DNA from: Vicugna vicugna
Lineage: Eukaryota
Reading direction: 5' to 3'
Assembly: GCA_013265495.1 (NCBI GenBank)
Contig: MU057560.1
Location: forward strand, 2,728,909-2,792,908
DNA: 64,000 bases
Under the pieces are notes generated by a model. That model worked only from the letters and a program-made list of their open reading frames with translations, was not told the DNA's origin and did no database searches. The stretch's first letter is position 1, and each line of letters starts with the position of its first letter. The translations under genes were made by a program, and so were the position numbers. Positions 23,383 to 34,800 of this stretch are shown here, in pieces.

Positions 23383-25109
23383 ATATACAGTGTAAAGGTC
23401 ATTCCCTTTTGTAAAGTTTTTTGCTGAAAAGATACCTGAGCAGTGAGTGAGGTCGGGAAGGCTGCTGCAGATGGACCATATGACGGAGCGCCAGCTGCCC
23501 CGGGGCTGGCCTGGACGGTGATGCCTGGACCGTGACCGGCCTTGTCTGAGCACGTGGTCCTGTGTGGTCCTCACCCCAGGGCTGAGGACAAGCACCACCA
23601 TGACGTCTCACCAGAAACCTTGGCTCCTTAAGAGATGCAGCTGAGCCCACACCGACGGCAAGTGCAGGGCTGGGGCTCGCTCAGACCCCGGTCGGCGGCC
23701 GCAGGGTGCCTGCCCTGAGCCACGCACCCTTCCTCCCGGGGAGGATGGCGTGTCAACAGCGAGACGGACGGGGAGAGGCCTGCGTAGACTGGCGACGCGT
23801 CTGTGCCTCTCCTGCAGAGGGGGCCCTGGCCTCACAGCAGTGCACGCGGATGGTGAAACTGTCCAGTCCACTGGGGCAGTGGGGTGCAGTCGGAGTGGAC
23901 AGCGGGAAGCTCGAGGGGGCAGATGGTAGGGGCGTCTGGGGCAGGCAGGGCCAGAGCGCGACATCCTCCGCGTGGGGGCCGGGTGCCCCCACTCGAATCC
24001 CGGTCACCACGGCTCCTGGTCTAGGATTCAGGTATTTTCAGGGAAAATGGACGTGCTTCAGAAAGTGTACGGTCCTTCGAAAAATGGATGTGAAGCTGTG
24101 TGGGTCTGTGCACGCACGTGTTCTCCATGAGGAAGCCCGTGGCCTTTACCAGTTCCTGGGAGAAGCAGGGCCCAGAACCGCCTCATGGCAGAGCCTGCCA
24201 CCACTGGCAGCAGCTCTTGGTGGGGCTGACGGTGCCGCCCGAGGCTCCCTGCTGCGCAAAGCAGACGGGCCGAGTTCTGTCCGGGCTGGGAGAGGAGCAG
24301 CGCTGGCACATTGGATGGATGTGTGCTCAGAGCAGAGGAGAAGACGCTGTGCTGAACTGTCAGCTATACTGCACAGGACCAACCCAGCGCAAGCCTGGCC
24401 CGGGCTCAGGCGGCCACCCTAGGACATTCCAAGACGTCTTTCTCCTCGACCACCAGAAAGATGGGCAGCAAAGGGCCACAAACGCTCCTCCACGTGAGTG
24501 AGCTGGGCTTGAAGCAGGGAAGGGCTCACTGCGTTCTCCTCCGTGTGAGTCCGCAGGGCACGGCTGCCGCTTGCTGTCCACAGCTGCTGCGTTTGCGCAG
24601 CGTGGTTGCACACGCTCGCTCGGATTCTGAGCCACTGCTCCTGAGGGAGACAGGCTTCGGTTCCGGGGAGCCTCTGGTCAGTTTCATCAGTCAGTCAGTC
24701 CACAACCTTGGTTTCTGTGTGTGTTTCTGTGTAAAGTGTGTGTGCTGATTCAGTAACACTGAGCTCACACCAGCAGCACGGAGCTTGGTCCTGAAGGAAG
24801 CTTCCCGCCCATCACAGCCCCGCACACTCAGGACTCCGGACGGCACTGCGGCCCCGGGCTTGGGGCCAACTTCCCAGAGAAGTCACGATCAAAAGCATAA
24901 CGATGTGAAACAACGTGACACTGCTATGGCAGCAGAAAGGGCACGTATTTGCAGCACGAGGGCCGGAAGGAGAAGGCAGGGTGTCGCCTGAGTCAGCCTC
25001 AGCGGGGACGGTGAACTTCAGGTGACTCAAAGTTTTTGTGGTTCCGTTCATGCCCACGAGGGACGGAGAAAGCACAGAGAGTGCTGAACTTGAGGTTACA
25101 AGTGAACTC

Positions 25110-25708
25110 GAGGGAGAGCGGCCAAGGCAGCGGAGTGGAAGGCCACTCGCAGCTCGCCCTCCCCCACAAATACACCAAGGCTTACATCCACGGACCCACC
25201 CAGCCAACCAGAGCGCCTGCCGAACTCCAACAGAACATCGCCCTCTTCAAAAGACAAAGACGCCACGAATCTGGTAGGAGAAAAGGAAAAAAGAAGACAC
25301 GGCAAAACAGTGCGGGACAGGTCCCATGGGGAGGAAGCGGCGGAGGAGGACTGGCGTTCGTTCGCCGGGTCCCCCCTCCAACGGAGAGGTCAGCGGGACG
25401 GAGGGGGAGCCTCGGAGGCTCGGATCTGCCCGTAGCAGCCCTTGACTGACAGAACTAAGTTAAACGGGCACAGAGGGTCCCCACGACACCCAGCCTGAGA
25501 CGCGAGCTGGCAGCTGGGGCCGGGACAGGCTGCCGGAGCCGGGCAGAGGACGGGGGCGGCTGCACTGAGGCAGCCCCAGGGGACTGCAGGAGGCTGCGCG
25601 CCGTGGATGAGTGGGTGCACAGGGCAGAACAAGCTGGGCCTTCCATGAAACAGCACGGCTGAGGTCCCCTGGGGGAGAGGGTGCATACCCCCGTCTCTGA
25701 AAACCTGC
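25110..25708 (+). mobile_element. Isolated L1 5'UTR (promoter region) of a relatively young family
   Basis: Starts 'gagggagagcggccaaggcagcggagtggaagg...cgcagctcgccctcccccacaaatacaccaa', the typical laurasiatherian L1 start (caagatggcggagtagaagg...agctcacc.tctcccac). CpG-rich; no ORF1 or poly(A) follows. Confidence 0.65.
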
Positions 25709-27909
25709 CTAACCAGGTTTTGGAAGAAGAGGGGCGGGGCTCAGCCACGGTCGCCATGTTCTCCAGTGCTCGGGCAAGTCAGCGAATTCACAGACGTGGA
25801 GTCACGAATAACGAGCACCAGCTGTATACTTATTCTAGCAGCTCTGTGTGGGAGGGGGTATCAGAGAGGCAGCGCGGCCTACCGTGCATACTGAAGGATG
25901 AACCAAGCAACGTTCTGCTTTTTCTCTTACCGTGTTGCCGTGTTTTAATTTGGTTCCTGAGTTTCTGCAACATTCCAGACACTGTATCCAGTGATGAGGC
26001 AGGAAGATCTGGGAGACACAGTCCTGCCCCTTAGCTGCTTGCACCCCAGGGAGGGACAGACAGATAAATAAACTCAGTGCCGTGTGAAGGTGGACTGAGA
26101 TGTGGACCCAATAGCCCTTGGGTTTCCTCTCTGATCCCACAGAAGTGGCACCAAGAGAGCTTCCACACGGGCTGGTCTTGGCAGACGGCTACGGCTTCCT
26201 TAGGTAAACAGCAAGGGCAGGAGAAGGGGATGGTGCAGACAGCTGTACACAGACGTGCGCTGTGCACAGACGTGAGGATACGGCTCAGCCGAGAGTGTTT
26301 CGGAAGCCACAAGGCCATGGCCCTGGCTGTGACGCGGAGCACTAGGTGGGGACGGAGGTGCTAGTGACCAGAGCATCGGCGAGAACCAAGTCAAAGGGCT
26401 GCGCTGACCACCGAAGGGTTCCAGACGCTGCCCTAGAGGTGGGGTGGGGGTGGAGATGCATCATTGAGAACGTGCTTCAGGAGGTAGAGCCCAGTGGCAC
26501 GGAGCAGAGGGGAGAGAGGTCCGGGGCGCGAGCAGTACTGGGGTCGGGGCTCCAGAAGGGCTGGTCTTGCCTTTGTCCAGTGACGCAGGGGGACACCTGA
26601 GCTAAGGGCATGGCTGCCAGTGGACAGAGGGAGAGAGACGTCTCACACAGGCCGCGCTGGAAGCGGACGGTCTAGAGATCCGAGAACCAGTACCATTCAG
26701 TTTGGATTCTCCATTCCATGCACCACGTGCTTCGTTCAGTCTTTCCCCGCCTTTTTTTATGAAAAACAGACCTGAAAGAATTTAGGGAACATTAACAACC
26801 TGTAATTTACTTGAATCAAAAAAGAGGTAGGTTAAGATTTGCTTAAGTTTCACATGGTAAGAAATGAACAAAATACAAGTGAAGAACAAGAGAGACAACT
26901 GTGGTGTGCAGGCCCCGCTTCTGCCTTGTTTACATGCTTGGTCGCTCTGGCTGCTCGCTCCCCTAGGAAGCGCTGTTTCTTGCTTCTCAAGTGATGCCTG
27001 CACGCCGTTAGACAGGCTGCAGGGGGTGGTCGTGGAGGCTGTTGGTATTTTCCACACCTAAAAGTTAATTTGTCATCAGTGGTAAACTACCGAGTAAGGA
27101 CTTTAGCTTAACATACCACTAAAAGTTTAAATTTGCTTAAAGTTAAAAAAAAAAAAACTAACCATTGATGGCAAACATGCAAGATTGTTAGAGTTTAGAT
27201 CATGGTCAAGTTGGAGAAATGAGCTGGACCATCTGGACGGCAGGCTCACTCTCCGCCTGTCCTGAGCAGTCCCCCGGGAGCAGCTGGCCGAGTCGGGTCC
27301 CTGGACCCAGGTCGCAGCGTCCAGTAACTGCGTCTGCCCAGCTTTGTCAGTGGGGAGCTGGCGCGCCTGCTTCACCACACCCGCACCGCCTTTGTCTCAC
27401 AGTCAGCTCTTTTCAGAATTTGGATCTACTTTCTCTGCCTCGGTAACTGGACTGACCCTGGGTCCAACTTACTTTAGGTCACTCACAGGGGCTCAGGGTG
27501 TTCGTGTGCAGAGCACGACCTGCCGTATCTTACCGACTGAATGTCAGTGTGCTCTGCTGACGTCTCCAGAGCACACTGGCCTTGAGTGGGTCCCCCCTGG
27601 TGGGAATCAGCTGGGCCAAGGCGGGGACTGAGCACACCTGACACACGGAAACCAGCTGGCCTTTCCCCTACGGCTCAGCGCGAGAGGGCTGAGTTCACTG
27701 ACACCCCAGCTCTCGGCCCGGCCAGCACAGGGGCCACCTCACTCCCCTTGGCTGTTGCTGGTGTTTGAGGAATCCCCTCTCTGGACGAAGCATCGCTGTC
27801 GCTGGACAGACATGCCCACAGAAAGCCCGGCCTCTCCGCCCCTTCCAATGGTCCACTCCCCCGGCCACATATTATACGCATGTGCAGTGTAGACGTGTGA
27901 GCGGGGCAG

Positions 27910-28300
27910 GAAGGGCGGTGGCTCCCGAAGCTGCCCACATCCTTATCCCCAGCACCTCACACCACAGGAGGGACTTTGCAGACGTGATCCAGCTAAGGAT
28001 CGCGAGGTGGAGACATTACCCTGCGTCACTGGATGGACCCAGTGAGCTGTCAAGTTCTTGTGAGAGGGAGGCAGGAGGGACGGAGCCCGGCGGGGCCGTG
28101 GTGATGGATGCAGAGGGAGGAGTGGCGTGAGGAGGGACCGGGAGCCCAGGAGCGTAGGGGAAACAAGGAAATGGATCCCCGGAGACGAGGAGCACGGCAG
28201 CCCTGGGCTCCTGACCTCCAGGACTGCGTGATGATAGACTTCTGTTGTTTCCAGCCACTAAACTCACACTGAGTTGCTGCAGCAGCCGCGTGAGCCTAAC
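27910..28300 (+). mobile_element. MLT1D-like MaLR LTR
   Basis: 'agggactttgcagacgtgatccagctaaggatc...gagacattaccctg...ggcaggaggg...ctgacctccaggactg...tgttgtttccagccactaa...gcagcag...ctaaca'. Confidence 0.75.
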
Positions 28301-29879
28301 ACATTGGCGGGTGCTGGCCCCCTCGGTCCGTCTCGTCAGCTGGAGACGATCGCTGCCTGCCCTTCCTGGGCGCCCCTGTGGGAGCTGAGCCACAGCGTCC
28401 AGAAGTGCACGTCGTAAACCGTAAAACCCGACACAGGCGTGAGGGCTCGGCCTACGTGAAGGCGCAGCCCGGGGGGAAGAGCGTGGGAGCCGCGTTTGCC
28501 TGGTGGTGAAGCCAGAGAGCTGCACGGTGACACCGTGGGTGGGAAGTGACATCCTCTGAGTGTCCTCTGACTTCTGGGAGGCCCGCTGAATGCCCCTGCG
28601 CCGCCAGCCCGTCGGAGGGGCCCCGCGGGGCTGAAGCGTGTCTGCCTTGCCTGCTCCTCCTGTGGCCGGGGACTCGGCAGGCGGTGACGTTCCTCACTGG
28701 ACAGCTCCCGGGGGGAGGGGAGCAGTGCTTTAGAGGGAGGAGGGCGCGGGGTCAGAGAAGGGGCTGGGTAAAGGGAACCGCGCCGAGTGCTTCGGTGACG
28801 GGGAGGGGGTTCTGCCCCACATAGCCACTCTGGGTCCTGCACTCCTCCCCTCCGTGGCCCCACCGTTCTCCGTGGACCCGGGGATGGCACCCTGGAGACG
28901 CTGGGGAGCTGGCTGGACACGCGGCCCTTCACTCCCGCAGCAGCCTCTGCTCAGCCGGTCCAGGACCACACCCGCCGCGGTCAGCTGTGTGGCCGGAGGA
29001 CGTGGAGGGCCCAAGGTGGCAGTCTGTTATGCTCCTCCATCTGCTCTGAGGCACCGTTTCCCTGAAAACGCCGTTACCTTGAGAACTTGGCATTTCAAAA
29101 TATCTCACATCACAAAGGGTATTTGCTTTTCAAAGCAAAGGCTGAGCACCTTATGAGTAGCAGGCCCAGAGCTGGCTTTGCTGTTGAGGGCACTGTTTGC
29201 AGAGAGCTCGCTGTTGTGACCTCCCCTAGCTCTCACCCGGCTCAAGTCACCCGGCTCTTTATAATCCGGGTGAAAAGCCCTTCTTCTGTGAAGACTAAGT
29301 GGCCCGCTGCGCACCCGCCTCTCTATTCTCTAACTGATGGGTTGCTCGTCCCTTTTCTAAGGTCTTTTTCCTTTTCTGTCTTGTTTCATAGTCATTTCTA
29401 CACTTGTATTTACCGCTTTGTACAAGTGACGAATTAAAGAAACATACTTCGTCATTTAGCTCATAGTAGCTGACCCTTAAGTACTGAAGAGATCGTGGTT
29501 GAAAGGGTTTGATAAGTCATTTTCTCTTCCAGCCTCAGTCTCTCATGGCTAAGACGACAGTTCAGGCTGCATGACTGTGTCTCAGGCACACCGTTCGTCA
29601 GACCCGCTGCACGCAGTTCTGACAACACGGTCACACCTGCCGGCCAGGATTGCTAACACCGTGATGACCAAGTTAGACCTCGGTGTCCGTATTTTTACAA
29701 GTCTGTAGGAGACTGTGTGCGCTGGCATTCGCATTGTCCTCACCCTTCTGGGGACACCCTGAGCCGAGCATCTAAGGCGGGGCTGCTGACAGCCGCGCGT
29801 GGCTGGGGGTGGTGCCTGGGGCTTGGGTCTAGGCTGAGCTTTCACAGCTCAGCATGTGCCTGTTAACGGGGCGCGCTCT

Positions 29880-31610
29880 CCAGTTTGCTGTGGCTCTGTA
29901 TTTTTTCCACCACTTGCATGAGTTTCTTCTCAAATTTATTTGAATTTAGGACTTTATACTCTTCATTTTTACCTCCATTAGCTTGTCAGTTATACCTCCT
30001 TCGACTGTGCTTCACTGGTCACTGAAGTCACTGTGCGTCTTGACCCACTAACCGTGGTAACTGTTGTAGTTTCACTTCTTTCTGCAAACTCCGCAACCTC
30101 ACGGATACTTTAACTGCATCTCTGCTCACCTAGTTCACCTTGTAGGGGAGGTAATGTATGCAGCGTATAAATACGTGTCATACATAATATTTTCTTATGA
30201 ACACAGTAACTCCTAAAATGTATTGTTATTATCTTACAGTCAGTGATCACTTAGATTTCTTCACACATTCACTGTTTTGATTGATCTTCATTTCTTCATT
30301 AATCTCTGAGCTGCAATCAGATGATTTTCTTCTGACTAAAGAATCTTTTACCATTTTCCTTAATCTGAATCTGCTGATAAAAGTCCCTTTATTTTTCACT
30401 TGTCTGAGAATGTCTTTTCTTCACCTTCACTTTTGAAGGACCTTTTTTACAAAATTGGTGTTTACTTCCATTAAGCGTTTTTCATATAGAATTCCATTGT
30501 CTTCTGAATCCAGTGTTTCTGTTAAGAACTTAGCTGCAAGTACCTGCTGGCGATTGAACTGCTTTTCCTTGGTGTGGTTTCCAGCGGCTCTGCCCGGAGG
30601 CGCCGGGCGCAGGTGTCCTTGTGTTCATCCCTCTGGGGGTTCTGGTGCTTCCTGAGTTTGTGGGTGGGTGTCTTTCATCACTTTGGAAAATTCTTCCTCT
30701 TGATTTTAAAAATATTGTTTTATTAACTTAATGTTATTTTTTCTCTCTGTATATTAATTATGATGTTGTCTTAAGACCTACTTTCCAGTCCGCTAATTTT
30801 CTCTTCATCCAGGCAAATTCTATTAAAACCATCAGTTGAATCTCTTATTTCTATTGTTATCATTTCCACTATAAAACTTCCATTTGATTTTTAGAATTTT
30901 ATTTATCTCCTGAAGTCCAACATTGTGTTAAATTCCTTAGGCATTTTCATGATAACCAATTTAAATTATTGTCAGGTAATTCCAACATACTTGTTTCTAT
31001 TTTTCGTTATTTCTCCCCCCTGGGTTTTGGTGAACCTACCTTGTTGAATGCCTCTCATGTTTTGTTTTAATTACAGACATTGTAGATAAAAATTGTAGTT
31101 CTGTGTTGAGACTGTATGTTGTGTTATCTTCCTCCAGAAGGTATTTGCTTTTGCTCCCTTCAAGCATGTAGATTAGGGAAGATCTCTCCAATCAAATCAG
31201 GGCTTGAGATGGTTCTCCAGTACCCATGACAACTATTTCCAGTTTACCTTTGCTCCTGGGGTGCGACCCTAAAGGGTCATGATTGGAGATCTGTGGTGTG
31301 GACCAGGAAACTTCCTCTCAGCGCACCTTGGGCTCCATCATGCAGTATCATCAGCCTCTCCTTTCAGGTACTCAGATCCCTGTGGGTTACTCTAGCTATC
31401 AGTAAATGTCTCAAGGTAGACAAGTGGTACTAAATATGGGCCCCATCTCTCTGGCCTCTTTCTGCCTGGAATCTTGGCTGTGCAAATTATGATCACTCTC
31501 CAACGCCTCCAAGCAGATTATATACATAGAGTCTAGTCTTTATGGTTGTTACTGGCAAGGGAGTTATTCTGAAACAAGATTGCACACCATTTCCCCAATC
31601 AGAACCACTC
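29880..31610 (-). mobile_element. Old L1M 5'/ORF1-region fragment
   Basis: 'ttgtctgagaatgtcttttcttcaccttcacttttgaagga', 'tctttcatcactttggaaaattctt' and 'acctactttccagtccgctaattttctcttca' parallel the 19850-21385 part of the other old L1. Confidence 0.7.
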
Positions 31611-33769
31611 AGTTCTTCATCTACCCTACGTGATTGTGTTAGTTACCTTTGAAAACCATCCACTGGGGTAGATGATTTCCAAGATCCTTTCCAGCATCGA
31701 AGTTCTAACATTCCATAGGTGAGTGTCCTGTGAGGAAGGTGACAGTAATAATATTCCACGTCACAGTGTCCATTTACCCCTTTTAAAAACTAACAACACA
31801 GTTCTTAGAGTTGTTGGTACAGAATTGAGGAGAAGGTCTGGTCTGGTTGGAAGACCTCTTCACAGCCAGCCAGGACAGCTGTGGAGCAGCTGGACAGACG
31901 CCAGCCTCCTGGGGCACCGTGCATGGAGGCTTCTCCCTCCCAGTCCTGATGAAGTAGGCGGGGCAAGTGGCAGTTACAAGTAGTCACTGTAGTCACAGCC
32001 TGGTCTCCACCAGCAGCACAGCCTGTTCCAGCAGAAGGATCACCGTGTGGCTTGTTTGCCTGCCTCCCTACTTCCCTGTATAATGTTACAAAGCAGTTTA
32101 ACTGTAAATTTCGGTTTCAAAGTGATGCAAAAGTTCTCGGCATTGAGAAGTTTCTGAAATGTTCTAACGGAAGATAGAGCATGATTAACAACAACAAAAT
32201 GCCAATCATTAATCTTACGGATCATTGGGGAAAACATTATTAATAAATGAAAGAAAAAAAATTAAAATCAGTATAATGGTTCAGAGAACCAAAATAAACC
32301 TTTCATTATAAATCATTTTATATACATGACACTCGAATCTTTGACTCTAAGTCATGAGTATGAAGTATAACTCTGGCCTTCTTCATATTCCGAGAAACCC
32401 CTCCACCTCAAATGGCATCCAGAGGAGGGATCCACTCACAAATCTCTAGAACCGCCTCCACAGCCTGGGGCTCACCATCTTCTTGTCCAAACATTGACCT
32501 ATTCAACCCTGCTTCTGTTTCCACATCTGACGGCATCACGGCCTTGAGTGATGCAGCACCCAACTGCCCATTAGTTTATTTAAGTTCTTACTCTTTCGTC
32601 TTTCTTCAGACCTTGCCAGATGTGAAGAGAAGACCAAAGATTATAAACTGTATGGGTGATGTTCCAAACCCAGCACAGATTGGTAACACATCCTGAAGCT
32701 TCACAGATGGGGATATGCGGAAAAGCTTCATGTGTTTGTCCCATTTCATCAAGTTAAGAAGCGAAACTACACGAGCTGTGTGTGGTGGAGTGTGCCGCAG
32801 CACCAGGAGGGGGCCCTCTGGGTACATCATTTCACTGTGTTTTCAGACATTCAGGCATTTTCATGATTATTAATTATTGAATCTTTTTGGCAAAGGCATT
32901 GCTTTCATTCTTGAAGTCCAGAGAGACTTAAAGATTTTTCCAGTCCAGACACTGACTTGAGCACCTGAAGATGGTGGGAGGATGTGTCTCTTGGGGTGAA
33001 ACTGGCCGTTGTGACTTTATGAAAGCAGGCTTCCCCAGTGCATTTGTGTGACCCGCGCACTTCCGCGTCTCCCTAGTCAGGGGTCTTGAGTGGCCCACTG
33101 TGTCTTCATATGCAGCTGGTGTTACACCTGTTCACTGACGTGGACGCTGGCCGGTTCCCCTCACACTGAAGCAGTGGGCACCGCCCGCCCAGCCCCGACT
33201 CTCGTCAGCACCGTTTTCTCTGCTCCAGAGACACGGAGGTCTCCACCTCCGGCAGAGGGCGAGGAACTTGCTTTACGACCGTCAGTGTGGGCAGCTTTGG
33301 GTTGGCACGCCCTTTGTTTAGTTAGATTAAAAGTACATCACAGGATGATCTCACGTGTTTTTCATAAGGGACAGGATTCTGCCATTTTCCCAGGGTCCCT
33401 AATCCCAGTGAAAGCAGATGGTATTTACGTGGCAAACTCAGACCTGACCTGCTAGTTTGATCCTTTCCTGTGACCCGTTCTTTACAATCTGGCACCTAAA
33501 AGGCACCCGAGACGCACAAGGTTCTGGGGCTCCCTCATGTTCGTCCTTTCTCCATCCTGGATCACAGGGGAACATTCCCTCAGCTCCCAGGGTTTCCAGA
33601 AGCCTCCATGGCAGGACACAGCCTCCAGTCACCTAGGAAGACCTCACTGAAACGTACTAGACAAATAGGAATCTGCCAAATACTTGAATATGGACAAAGA
33701 AGCTTCCAAACACTGATGGTAGTGGTCTCTCCTGAGATGTCACAACCCTTTATCTGGTCCATTCACCTA

Positions 33770-34800
33770 CACGCTCGTTTATCAGATCCTCACAAGTGCC
33801 TCCCATATGCCAGACACCGTGAAGACAGCAAGGAATGTTACATGAGTCCTGGTCTTCAGTGAACTTTCTTCCCATAAGAGAAGAGAAAAATAAATAACCA
33901 ATTAAAAATTGGATTATAAATCAATAAAAAATGTTTTAAAAAAAGACTAAAAAAATTAAAAATCGAGGTCCTGAATAAGGTAAAATTGCAGGGCTGTTGC
34001 AGAGAATGAGGCATTAGCTTTAACGAGGAAGAGGTAACATGTGGGTGTGGAAAGTGTTCCTGGCAGAAGAAACAGCATGTGCAAAGGCCCCGAGGCGCAA
34101 AGACTTCAGTATGTGCGTAAGTGCGACAAACTGCAAAATCAGTGCTTTTGGTCAGTGATTCTCTAGGGTGTGGTTCCAAGGGCCTGGTACACAATTCACA
34201 TTCTGAGGCCTCACAGAGATTCCATTTATGAGAGTTATTTACATTTACCATGTTAAAAATTAAAATTGAGACTTCTTACCATGCATCTATTTAACTCACA
34301 ATTAAAAGAAAACATTATGCATTATTAATATCATTTTATGAAAAGTAACCATATTTTCTATGAAAAAGAAAAATCATCAAAACAGAGTCACTGTTTCACA
34401 CTTAGCAAATCCCTTTGGGGACAGCTGAACTCTCTTCTGCATCTGCAGTCAACATCTGGCATTAAACTGCTTTGACTGAAGCATGTGAAGATGGCTGGAT
34501 GAGGGAGGACCTCACAGACTCCCTGCAAGGGCCTAAGGAACCCCTAGGGTTCTTTGAAAGCCACTTTGAGAACTGCTGCAGTAGACCATCGTAAGGAACC
34601 TGAGAGTTACGAGAGGTAAGAAGGGTTAGTTCTCATGACACCCTGTAGGTTTCGAGCCTGTGATGCACTAGGGAGCCACTGAAGATCCTGGGTGGGGAGC
34701 AGAGCCGTCTAATTTAATCTGTAGGGAGATCGTCTTGCCTCTGCTGGGAGGGAGGATGTGGAGCGACCAGTGAGGGTTTGCCTGTTGTACCTAGAGTACG
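33770..34800 (-). mobile_element. L2 fragment split by a hAT element and a tiny L1 tip
   Basis: 'tgttcctggcagaagaaacagcatgtgcaaaggccccgagg' and 'gggagccactgaag' are L2 hallmarks. A ~45-bp L1 3' tip (33911-33955) is flanked by aattaaaaat repeats. Confidence 0.65.
34153..34578. mobile_element. hAT-Charlie (MER119-like) DNA transposon fossil
   Basis: Imperfect TIRs 'cagtgattctctagggtgtggt' ... 'ccactttgagaactgctg'; internal 'gggaggacctcacagactccctgcaagggcct'. Confidence 0.7.

Noticed and set aside
23706..24422. 238-aa ORF and overlapping ORFs on both strands
   Set aside because: Several overlapping open frames reflect high GC; no homology recognised.
31800..32990. Possible processed pseudogene or coding exon (complex sequence, acceptor-like site at ~32609)
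   Set aside because: No sustained frame or recognisable protein on either strand and no clear TSD; may be an ancient TE. Needs BLASTX/nhmmer.
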